From contig OX597820.1 in NCBI GenBank assembly GCA_951406725.2, positions 113,770,001 to 113,834,000 on the forward strand: a DNA stretch of 64,000 nucleotides. Direction: 5' to 3'. Position numbers and translations under genes: made by a program. Positions 25,645-37,500 of this stretch are shown here, piece after piece (the stretch's first letter is position 1; each line of letters starts with the position of its first letter). The notes beneath the pieces were generated by a model. It saw only the letters and a program-made list of their open reading frames with translations, searched no databases and was not told where the DNA came from. This DNA is from Octopus vulgaris. Its lineage: Eukaryota.

Positions 25645-25765
25645 GTGGGCCTGTTTCACTGGATTCGATATAATACAAATGGCGACAAGTAAATAATAGA
25701 GCACGCATCGTGCAACCTACTGAAAAATAATAACAAGATAGACATATTTATCGGTTCCTGTTGAC

Positions 25766-25814
<49 letters not shown>

Positions 25815-25840
25815 ATAAATTTTTATTATCATTATTATTA

Positions 25841-25908
<68 letters not shown>

Positions 25909-26262
25909 GGAGTGAGGATAAAAAAGGCAATTTGTTATTTATCAGCGGCATCCAAAGGAAATGGTTGAATCCGTTACGCATTATCAATGTTGGAGCTGTG
26001 GTTGGAAGTGGGGTGCTTAGAGTAAAGGTGGAGATACAATAGAAAAGGAAAACCGCGGCGAAAGCTAAGGAAATACTGATCAAATCAGTAAAATAGACTT
26101 CCGGCTAACAATTCTTATCGTTGATGTTCTCGTTGTTGTTGTAGTTGTTGCTGTTGCTGTTGTTGTTCTTGGTAGTGGTGGTGGTGGTGGTGGTGATGGC
26201 GATTCTGATGCAGTTAATTTGGCCTCTTTTTCATTCTTTCTCTCACTCTCTCTCACACACAC

Positions 26263-26323
<61 letters not shown>

Positions 26324-26456
26324 TGTGTATATATGTATGTATGCATCACTGTGTGTATGTATATGCATGTATATGTTATGTATAATCATGTATATATGTC
26401 TGTGTGCGTGTGTGTATATATACATATTTTTCTTTTCTTAATTACATACAGATACT

Positions 26457-26497
<41 letters not shown>

Positions 26498-26498
26498 T

Positions 26499-26576
<78 letters not shown>

Positions 26577-26599
26577 GAGAGGGGAGAGGGGATAGATAG

Positions 26600-26630
<31 letters not shown>

Positions 26631-26638
26631 GATAGATT

Positions 26639-26684
<46 letters not shown>

Positions 26685-26698
26685 GAGAGGGGAGAGGG

Positions 26699-26788
<90 letters not shown>

Positions 26789-27261
26789 CAGTCTCCGCTC
26801 TCACTTTGTAATTATACATTTATTATACGCTTGGTCACTCACTCATTCTCTGTTCTCGACCAAATCCTCTCTTTCTCCGGCCACGCATCTCCCTTCCATG
26901 TTGCGTCTCTGTCTCTTTTCACAAAGGTTTTTGTTGACGTCATCAATGACGTATTACCCTGGAAATGATACAACGATAATAGAGCATTACCACGTGATAC
27001 TATTCAGAAACGTCACAGTAATATGACTGGTGTTGTCGCTGTTCTTTTTCCTTATTCGTATTCTTATTCTTATTCTTATTCTTATTCTTATTCTCCCCCT
27101 CCTCCTCCTTCTTCCTCTTCGACTTCTTGAGAAACTTGGAAAAGTAAAAGTTTGTTCACGTAAAAAAATTCTGTTCATCCTTTCAAGGTCGATAAAATAA
27201 GTACCAAATCCAAAAACGAAATTATTATTATTATTATTATAAATACTACTATTATTATTAA

Positions 27262-27722
27262 TGAGTGAGAAAATGGCACACGCCATCAAAGTGACGCTGG
27301 GGTTCAAAAATACGAAACCCCATATAAGGATACACAAGCGACATGAACCATATGCGCATGACAGTGATCTCATATCATGATAAACAGCGCATGACCTTGC
27401 AGGTGTGGCCCAGTTGGAATATTCTTCAGGTCGAGTAGCCAACCCTGTTCAAAAGGTCCCTGGATAAAGGTTGTTTAGATATAATGAGAGAAACAGCCAT
27501 GTTTCCAGAGGTGAATTATTCAAACCCCAAAGAATCCCTCTCAACACACTGTTGTGATGCTACCCGCCCCCTACTCCTGCTATTGATCGGGGTTGCACAT
27601 ACCGTCACCTACTAAGGGATGTGCTCAACGAGTGAAGGTCAAGCAAATTTATGGTATTGAGCAGAATATTCGCTGTAGCCCAGTTAGGATCAGAAGCAAT
27701 GAGAGCTACTGCCTGGTATTAT
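27262..27722 (-). mobile_element. Interspersed repeat family inserted in (ATT)n (fuller copy 47226-47783, fragment 62788-62898)
   Basis: Colinear similarity with 47226-47783 (GCCATCAAAGTGAC, GATCTCATATCA, CCTTGCAGGT, AAGAATCCCTCTCAACAC). Confidence 0.7.
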
Positions 27723-27734
27723 TATTGGTCCATC

Positions 27735-27880
27735 TTTACATTCTGTGTTCAAATTTCGCCGAGGTCGATTTTACCTTTCATCCTCTCGGGGGTCGATAAA
27801 ATAAGTAATAATAGAGTACTGGTTGGGGTTGATGTAAGTGACTATCCGCCGCTTCAAAAAAGTTCCAGGCATTGTGCCAA
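27735..27880 (+). mobile_element. SINE family D fragment (conserved GTCGA..CCTTTCATCCT..GTCGATAAAATAAGTA domain)
   Basis: Same motif recurs at about 43690-43760 and 59830-59900, with fragments at 27170, 28410, 42340 and 47980. Confidence 0.6.
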
Positions 27881-27882
27881 TG

Positions 27883-27943
<61 letters not shown>

Positions 27944-27950
27944 CAGCAGC

Positions 27951-28049
<99 letters not shown>

Positions 28050-28103
28050 GGTGGTGGTGGTGGTGGTGGTGGTGGTGGTGGTAGTAGTAGTAGTAGTAGC
28101 AGT

Positions 28104-28135
<32 letters not shown>

Positions 28136-28148
28136 TAGCAGCAGCAGC

Positions 28149-28208
<60 letters not shown>

Positions 28209-28220
28209 TGTAGTAGTAGT
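27883..28220. repeat. (TAG)n/(CAG)n/(TGG)n microsatellite
   Basis: Directly visible. Confidence 0.95.
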
Positions 28221-28547
28221 ACCCCAATATTCTCTTTGTAAGATCATTAAATTTTTTTTAAAGATTTTCATTTTGTCAACAATCATTTTTAATATAAAGG
28301 CTGCGAGCTGGCAGAAACGTTGGCACGCTTGGCTCGATATAATCGACTTAATCCGTTTGTCTGTCCTTGTTTGTCCTCTCTGTGTTTACCCCTTGTGTCT
28401 AGCTCCTTTCGGGATTGATAAATTAAGTACCAGTTGCGTACTGGGGTCGATCTAATTGACTGGCCCCTCCCCAAAAATTTCGGGCCTTGTGCCTAGAGTA
28501 GAAAAGATTTACACACGGACGGAAACACACACACACTCACTCTCTCA

Positions 28548-28588
<41 letters not shown>

Positions 28589-28619
28589 ACACACACTTAA
28601 ACAGACACACAAACATATA

Positions 28620-28775
28620 CGACGGACTTCTTTCAATTTCCGTCTACCAAATCCACTCACAAGGCTTTAGTCGGCCCGAGGCTATAGCAGAGGACACTTG
28701 CCCCAGGTGCCACACAATGGGACTGAACCCGAAACCATGTCGTTGGGAAACAAGCTTCTTACCACACAGCCACAT
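28620..28775 (-). mobile_element. SINE family C 5' half
   Basis: Reverse complement of 30040-30197. Confidence 0.7.
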
Positions 28776-28786
28776 ATATATGTAGT

Positions 28787-29100
28787 GAAAGCGCATGGCT
28801 CAGTGGTTAGAGCGTCGGGCTCAGTCACAATCATGAGGTAGTGAGTTCGATTCCTGGATCGGGCTGTGTGTTGTGTTCTTGAGCAGGACACTTTATTTCA
28901 CGTTGCTCCAGTTCACTCAGCTGTAGAGATTAGTTGTGACGTCACTGGTACCAAGCTGTATCGGCCTTTTCCTTGGTGGTGTGGAGAAGAGAGGCTGGTA
29001 TGCATGGGTGGTTGCTGGTCTTCCATAAACAACCTTGTTCGGACTTGTGTCTTGGAGGGTAACTTTCTAGGTGCAATCCCATGGTCATTCATGACCGAAG
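28787..29100 (+). mobile_element. SINE family B-type head with a different 3' body
   Basis: TGGCTCAGTGGTTAG, GTTCGATTCC and GTGTTCTTGAGCAGGACACTT. Confidence 0.7.
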
Positions 29101-29115
29101 GAGGTCTGTACCGAA

Positions 29116-29220
<105 letters not shown>

Positions 29221-29255
29221 TAGGTATGTAGGTAGGTAGGTAGATAGATAGATAT

Positions 29256-29306
<51 letters not shown>

Positions 29307-29357
29307 CGTATATAGATACGTATATATATATATATACGTATCTATCTATATATACAT

Positions 29358-29625
29358 GAAGGCGCGTGAGTCAGTAGTTAGGGTGCTGCACTCACGATTG
29401 CGAGATCGTGGGTCGATTCCCAGACCGGGCGTTGCGTTGTGTTCTTGAGCAAAACACTTCATTTCACTTTGCTCCACCATCATTTCGTTATCAGACATGT
29501 GGCACCCATTGTACCTGTACAGGTAATGTCGATTTGATGGAAGGAGTGAGCTTATATGTACACAAACATTTGACCACTATAAACAATTCATCTTCTGTGG
29601 TTGTTCGGTAAGAAATTTCCGAACC
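29358..29625 (+). mobile_element. SINE family B-type head, diverged
   Basis: GAAGGCGCG..CAGTAGTTAGGG, GGTCGATTCCC and GTGTTCTTGAGCAAAACACTT. Confidence 0.65.
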
Positions 29626-29909
29626 CTCACTCATTGTCTAACATAAGTGTGTATGCGCACGCATGTGTGTGTGTGTGTGTGTCTACTATATCAAATATAT
29701 TTTTGGAATACTTCCAAAACGTATGTACGCTACAACACGTGCATTCTGAATGACATACATGATATGATATGAAATATGAGCTGTGTACGTGACGTATGAC
29801 TGTCATAAACTGCATACGCCATAACTAAAGTATCTTTTGGTATCGCTTGCACGTCATATCTATATGCAATAACATTCACACACATATATAAACACACATA
29901 TGCGCATGC

Positions 29910-29941
<32 letters not shown>

Positions 29942-30034
29942 TGGAAGGTTTGGAGATGATGTACAGGTATTATATATTAGAAAAAATGAGGTAATCAGAT
30001 CGGATGGTTCATATATATATATATATATATATAG

Positions 30035-30426
30035 ACGCAGGTGTGGCTGTGTGGTAAGTAGCTTGCTAACCAACCACATGGTTCCGAGTTCAGTCCCACT
30101 GCGTGGCATCTTGGGCAAGTGTCTTCTGCTATAGCCCCGGGCCGACCAATGCCTTGTGAGTGGATTTGGTAGATGGAAACTGAAAGAATCCTGTCGTATA
30201 TATGTATGTGTTTGTGTGTCTGTGTTTGTACCCCTAGCATTGCTTGACAACCGATGCTGGTGTGTTTACGTCCCCGTCACCTAGCGGTTCGGCAAAATAG
30301 ACCGATAGAATAAGTACTGGGCTTACAAAGAATAAGTCCCGGGGTCGATTTGCTCGACTAAAGGCGGTGCTCCAGCATGGCCGCAGTCAAATGACTGAAA
30401 CATGTAAAAGAGTAAAGAGTAAAAGA

Positions 30427-30428
<2 letters not shown>
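30035..30428 (+). mobile_element. tRNA-derived SINE family C with internal (TG) microsatellite
   Basis: TGGCTGTGTGG A box, GTTCAGTCCC B-like box, CTTGGGCAAGTGTCTT CORE-like motif and TAAAAGAG tail; multiple copies in the window. Confidence 0.8.
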
Positions 30429-30466
<38 letters not shown>

Positions 30467-31990
30467 ATGCTTGTGCTAGCATATACACACATGTGTATGC
30501 ATATGTGTATATGTATGTGTGCGAATATGTGATGTGTTTGTGTGAATATATGTGCGCACACGCAGAAGACAAAGAATACTTTTAAATCACAGGAAGTAAA
30601 ACATTTCTGTTTGGTTACCAATATACAAAGCATTCAAAAATATAAATATGAACAGACAGACAGACAATCAGTCAGACAGACGGGTATTGAGTGAATGTTG
30701 TTAAGACTGTATTGTGTAATTACAGCTTTTATGAATCAATATCAAAAACTGATTGCGGTGTTAGTAGAAAACACGTAACTAACGTAGATTTCGTCCAGGG
30801 AAACATTCGACAGTAACTCCCGTGATTGCATTAGAAAGATGAGAAGGAGGAGCAGGAGGAGCAAGAGCAGGAGGGGAAGAAAGGAAAAGAGGGGGGACAA
30901 TGGTGATGGTGGACGTGGTGGTGGTGGTGGTGCTTTGCTGGTTTGGATGAGTGTATGGTAGAGGTGAGAGAGTTTGCAGCGGTGGTAGTTGTGATGGTGT
31001 TGGCAGTGGTTGCTGTATATTATGATGGTAGTAGTGATGGTTGTAGTAGTGATGGTAGTGGTGGTGGTGGTGGTGGTTGTAGTAGTGATGGTTGCAGTGG
31101 TGATGGTAGTGGTGGTGGCTGTAGTAGGGTGATGATGGTCGAGGTTTACTGATAGTACTTGTGGTACTAGTGGTCGTGTTCATGGTAGTGGTGGTAGTGG
31201 TGGTGGTGGTGGTGGTGGTGGTGGTGGTGGTGGTGGTGGTGGCTGATGGTAGTAGTAGTAGTAGTGGTAGTAATGTTGATAGAATTATTGTTGTTTAGGT
31301 GGTGATGAGAGTGGTGGCTGTCATGCTGATTGTGGTTGTCATAGTAGTGATTGTCATGGTAATTGGTGTAGTATTGAATGTAGCCGTAATGGTATCGGTG
31401 GTGGTATCGGTGGTGGTATCAGTGGTGGTATCGGTGGTGGTATCAGTGGTGGTATCGGTGGTGGTGGGAAGGAGGATGTGTGGTTAATGGCGGAACAGAA
31501 CGGTGGACATAATAGCTCGGAGGTAGAAAAAGATGGCGGCAACAGATATTTTCACAACGTAACACACACACAAGACACACACATGCACGCACTTACACGT
31601 ATGCTCGCACACACACAAAAGCTCATGTCCAAATACACAAACAAAAACACACGCACATACACACACAAAAACCATATACATGCGCACACACACACACATA
31701 CACACAAACACACACACAGCGACAATACTGCTTCATTTGATGGAATCGCAGATTCATGGATTTGATGTGCAGATAGCGTGGAACCTACGCTACTTCAACG
31801 TTTTTCTTTAGAAGCAGACATTTTCACACACATACACTTACATATGCACTTTCGAATACACACACACAAACACACACACATATATATATAAATGTATGGG
31901 GGAATGTGTATACATTATGTGTGTATGGGTATTTAAGTGGCGGTGACTCATGTATGTATAACTATATAAATACAAAAATATATATGTGTG

Positions 31991-32057
<67 letters not shown>

Positions 32058-32060
<3 letters not shown>

Positions 32061-32213
32061 CAGGCATGGCTGTGTGGTAAGAAGTTTGCTTCCCAACCAC
32101 ATGGTCCCAGGTTCAGACCCACTACATGGCATTTTGGGTATCTTCTATTATAGCCTCGGGCCGATCAAAGTTTGTGAGTGGATTTATTTGACGGAAACTG
32201 AAAGAAGCCCGTC

Positions 32214-32247
<34 letters not shown>

Positions 32248-32572
32248 CCAAGAGAGTTAGAGGTTGTGAATTCAACCAACTAAGGGATAACATCTATCCA
32301 AAATACTGCTGGTAGAATCCCCAGTTATTAATACACAAGAGTTTTTTTCTTTGTATGGCAATTACACTACTGAATGTAATAAATGGGTGAGGGTAAAACG
32401 TGTTTTACTCTTAATTTATATGACGATAAGAAAATGGAGGGGATCCAGAGGTGGTATTCATCAACTTTTAGACATTATATTATGCCTTTTTTTTTTATAA
32501 ATAGACATAATATAATGTCTAAAAGTTGATGGATACCACCTCTGGATCCCCTCCATTTTCTTATTGCCGTAG

Positions 32573-32641
<69 letters not shown>

Positions 32642-32972
32642 TGTCAGTGTGTGTGTGTATGTATGTATGTGTGTATGTGCGTGCGTATGTATGTATGTAT
32701 GTATGTATATGTATATACCTCAGTATGTGTGTGTGTGTGCACGCGCGTGTGCGTGTGTGTGTATGTGTTTGTCCACCACCATCACCGCTTAACAACCGTT
32801 GTTGATGTGTTTATGTCCCCGTAAGTTAGCGGTTCAGCAAAAGAAACCGATAGAATAAGTACTAGACTTTAAAAATAAGTCCCGGGGTCGATTTACTCGA
32901 CTAAAATCCTTCAAGGCGGTGCTCTAGCATGACCACAGTCAAATGACTGAAACAAGTAAGAGAATAAAAGAA
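32058..32972 (+). mobile_element. SINE family C copy split by insertions into its internal microsatellite
   Basis: 5' half at 32058-32215 and 3' half at 32770-32972 match 30035-30428. Confidence 0.75.
32426..32564. repeat. Near-perfect fold-back hairpin (about 58-bp arms)
   Basis: ATAAGAAAATGGAGGGGATCCAGAGGTGGTATTCATCAACTTTTAGACATTATATTATG is followed by its reverse complement with about 1 mismatch. Confidence 0.9.
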
Positions 32973-33022
32973 TATACATATATTATATTATATTATATTA
33001 TATTATATTATATTATATTATA

Positions 33023-33386
33023 TTAGCACTATGACCCGGCAACGCCGGGTCATAGTGCTAGTGCATGCATATACAGCTGTGTGCGTGCGCACATACACGC
33101 GAGTACTGTCCAAATCTCCGACTAATCACATACAGCTAGCTGGCATTCAATTGGCGTATCAAGTTTCAGGCATTTTGATTGGGTTTTGGATAGAAAATTC
33201 ACAAAAAAGTCACTCCTATTGATTTTTTAATGGCTTTGCGGCGTGACTGGAGAAATGTAAAGATGTGCACGATCACCCTTGGACGGTTTTAAATGACCAT
33301 AGAAAGTGCGAGCCCTCTAACTGAAAAGTTGTGGATTTGTATAAAGGACACACACACAGACATTTTGCCGTTTATATATTGAGAGA
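33023..33386 (-). mobile_element. Non-autonomous Helitron
   Basis: Minus strand starts A|TC(TCAATATATAAA) and ends CTAA|T (CTRR). Subterminal GC-rich hairpin ACCCGGC-AAC-GCCGGGT, no TSD; inserted in (ATATT)n. Confidence 0.75.
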
Positions 33387-34558
33387 TTTTATTATATTAT
33401 ATTATATTATATTATATTATATTATAGTATAGTATAGTATATTATGTTATATTGGGGCGTCCTATGGGATGACCTAGAAACGATATATTATATTGTGTGT
33501 ATCTAAGTGTAGTCTAGTTAATTTGGCCGTCCTCCCGAAAGCTTCGATGATTTCAAGCGAGCACACCAGCCATCACAGTACTTTCCTGTGACCACGTCTA
33601 CAGTGATAATTCAACAGTGGAAATTCGTAGGAGTATTGAAGGTGACCTCCAGGATACGCTTCTTAAATATGTCCATTTGATCCTCTCTAAACTTAAATAG
33701 TCATTATTATTGAGTGTCAGAAAAACTAACATCTAGTATTACACTATATTGTTTTACATAAATTTATATTATACTATGTTATATATACTATATTATATAT
33801 GCTATATCATGTTATATTATATTATATCATATATTCTATCTGTTTAAATGTTGATTTTGCTTCTTCATACACGCAATATAATATTCCCTGTTTCGTATTT
33901 CTGTAATATCGCCAATTTGTCCACTTTTCAGGCATAAAAGTCATCATTTTTTATTCATTTTATTATTATAATTGTTGTTGTTGTTGTTGTTGTTGTTGCT
34001 GCTGCTGCTGCTGCTGCTGTTGTTATTGTTGTTGTTGCAGTTGTTGTTGTCATTATCCTCGTCGTCGTCATCACCATCACTTCTACTGTTATTATTATTG
34101 ACTTTGTTGTTGTTACTATTCTACTCTCTGTTGCACTGGTTTCGAAAGTACTTATAATAGTTCTGGTATATATTTGCAGCCTTTTTTTTTGTTTTGTTTT
34201 GTTTATTTGTTACTTTGTTATTCATCATCGTCGTCGTCATCATCGTCGTCGTTCTCGTTGTTGTTTTGTCTTTTCGGTCATAATCGTTGCAGCATTTATT
34301 CTTTTTTCCTGTTGCTACCGTTGTCACTAGTATATTTGATGAAGTTGTATCGCCACTACCGCCATCATCACCACCATTTCTACTATGACCACCATATCCA
34401 CCACCCACCATGGCTACACGCAGCCATTTCACTTTATCACACTCCATCATTCAACCTTGCTCCATTTTCTGTTCCATTATTGAATTTACAGTGTTGTGTA
34501 AAAATAACAAAAAATAATTCTTCGTCTCTTATGTAAATCTGTAATTTTTTTTCCCCAG

Positions 34559-37500
34559 GATACTTTAGAACACAAGTTAGACTCGACAGACAAGCATTTC
34601 CAGGCAAAAGACGAAGATACTGAAAGAATTAAAACAAGTCTTTCCGTTTCAAAAGATGAGTGCGCAAAAGATGACAACCGTCTGTCTCAGAAATATGGAG
34701 CAGAAAAAGTTGAGAGTTTGGAGGAAGTTAATGGTTCAAGCAGTTACCAAACAGAAAAAGAAATGGAAGAGAAGAAAAAAGATATTTATATGTCAAGTGT
34801 TGACAGAAGTAAAGATTTGATTGAAGGAAAAGAAATAATAAAGCCAATAGACCGTTCGGTAGAAGGGGATATAGCTAAACTGAGGAAGGATGATATCGAT
34901 AAAATTAGGCGTTTCACTGAAGCAGACGATAAAAAAGTAGACGATAAAATAACGAAACATGCTGATGATAGAGAAAATATCTGTGAAACCCGTTCGAGAG
35001 AGCAAATTACCGGCCTTAATGAGAGAATTAGTGTAGTGAAACCAGTGGCGATTGAAATAAAGAAAGATCACGTTAATGAAGACGTTGGTCGTTCTCGCAA
35101 TGACGTCAGCACCAGTGAAAGCAATAATAACAAGTTTTATTTGGTAGCAGATGAGAAAATATCTGTGATTAAAACAGGTGATAAGATAGAGAAGACAATA
35201 CATTCAACAGATGTCGTCCGTTTAGAACCTATTCAGAGATTTTCTGCAAATGAAAACACCTGTTCGTTAGAATTTGGTCAAAGTGTACAGCTTCTGACAA
35301 TGCCTGCTCCATTAATCAGAAAAGAAGTTTCGAAGAAAGGGGACTCTGGTGATACCAACACAACTAGTTCTCAAGTTGAAGTCGGTAAATGTATCAAAAT
35401 TGTGAAAAGGCCAGCTTTCGATCAGAAGCCAACCGAACATTTAGAAAAACAACATAAAGAAACGGAGAAGACAACAGGCAAACCTCCAATCGATACAAGC
35501 AAAGATTTAGCAAAAATTGATTCTTCCAAATCGACTGAAAAAGCTGAAGTAGAAAAATACGAATCAAAGAAGGATGCAACTTCTGCTGAATTGAGTAACA
35601 ATCTCCTTAAAACTGACAAGACGAGCTCGACAAAAGGAAATATAGATCTTCCTAAAGTAGAACTTCACGAGACTAAGATGGATGTTCGCCAAAAAGAAGA
35701 TATCCTTCTAACTAAGATAGACAAACATGACATAAAAGAAAAGAACCAATCAACAAAAGTTGATCTTGCCCTGTCTAAGGAAGATATTTTCGAAACTAAA
35801 ACAAGAACTGAGAAAAAGGAAGGCGACATTCTTGAAGGTAAGAAAAAGCGCGGTGAGTTAGGGGACATTTATGAAACAAAACACATACTTCCAAAGGACG
35901 AAGACATTTTACTCTCTAAAAAAGACAATTATGAGATAAAGAAAGATGAGTATTCGACAAGCAAGGATAGCAGTATTCGTACAGTAGAGAGCAATGAATC
36001 AAAGAAGGATAGATTTTCTATAAATGAGAACAGCAATAAACCCAACAAAAATCAATTTGCAAGTGTTGGTGACATTCTTCAGAGTGAAGTAGACATCTCC
36101 GAAAAGAAAAGACAGAAACCTCCTTCTGACGAAGCTGCCCATCAATCCGATGACAAACACTTGATAGATGAGAAAACTCAGATTCCTAAAGGTGAGAGTC
36201 CTGGCACAAAGGAGAAAGACCATCCAAAGGAACAGGACAGTCTCCGGTCGAATTTGAACAATGTTAGCATGAAAGTCGAGAAGCATTTTGAAAACAAGGA
36301 CATTCTTTTATCTAAAGCAGACATCTACGAAACTAAGCACGTTTGCCCTGAATCAATGGTGAATAAGGATGCCAAAAAGGAGGACATTTCTCTGTCTATA
36401 ACGAAAAAAGATAAACCATTCGCAGGACAGGACAGTACTGAAACAAAGATGTTAGAACATCTTGAATCTAAGGTAAACATTCTTGAAACTAAGAAAATTG
36501 TGCATCCAACAGACGAGGAGAGTTGTCTGTCAAAAGGCGGCAAAGATAAACTCTCAACAAACAAAGACACTTACCTGTCAAAGGTAGATAGTAATAAAAC
36601 CGTAAAAGATAGCAGCAGTATCTCTAAGGAAAACACATCTGAAGAAAATAAACCTGTGGACAGGTGTGAGACAGAAGACGGTTCAAACGAAACCAGAAGT
36701 AAGATTTCTACAGACATAGACAGAATTGACATGTATGAAACAAAGCATCGTATAGTTGAAGATAATCATTCCTCTGAAGTAGGCACTGGCGTAACGATAA
36801 AAGACAAGCAACACAGTCGTCTGTACAAAGGAGACAGCTTTGAAATAAAGGAAAGTGACATAATTACAAAAGAAAGCATTCAGCCAGCCAAGAAAGACAC
36901 AGCTGAAGAGAAGAGGCCTACAGAGAGACACAGTCGTCTGTACAAAGGAGACAGCTTTGAAATAAAGGAAAGTGACATAATTACAAAAGAAAGCATTCAG
37001 CCAGCCAAGAAAGACACAGCTGAAGAGAAGAGGCCTACAGAGAGACACAGTCGTCTGTATAAAGGAGACAGCTTTGAAATAAAGGAAAGTGACATAATTA
37101 CAAAAGAAAGCATTCAGCCAGCCAAGAAAGACACAGCTGAAGAGAAGAGGCCTACAGAGAGACACAGTCGTCTGTATAAAGGAGACAGCTTTGAAATAAA
37201 GGAAAGTGACATAATTACAAAAGAAAGCATTCAGCCAGCCAAGAAAGACACAGCTGAAGAGAAGAGGCCTACAGAGAGACACAGTCGTCTGTATAAAGGA
37301 GACAGCTTTGAAATAAAGGAAAGTGACATAATTACAAAAGAAAGCATTCAGCCAGCCAAGAAAGACACAGCTGAAGAGAAGACGCCTACAGACAGAGACA
37401 GTCGTCTCTATAAAGGAGACAGCTTTGAAATAAAGGAAAGTGAGGTAATTACAAAAGAAAGCATTCAGCCAGCCAAGAAAGACACAGCTGAAGAGAAGAG

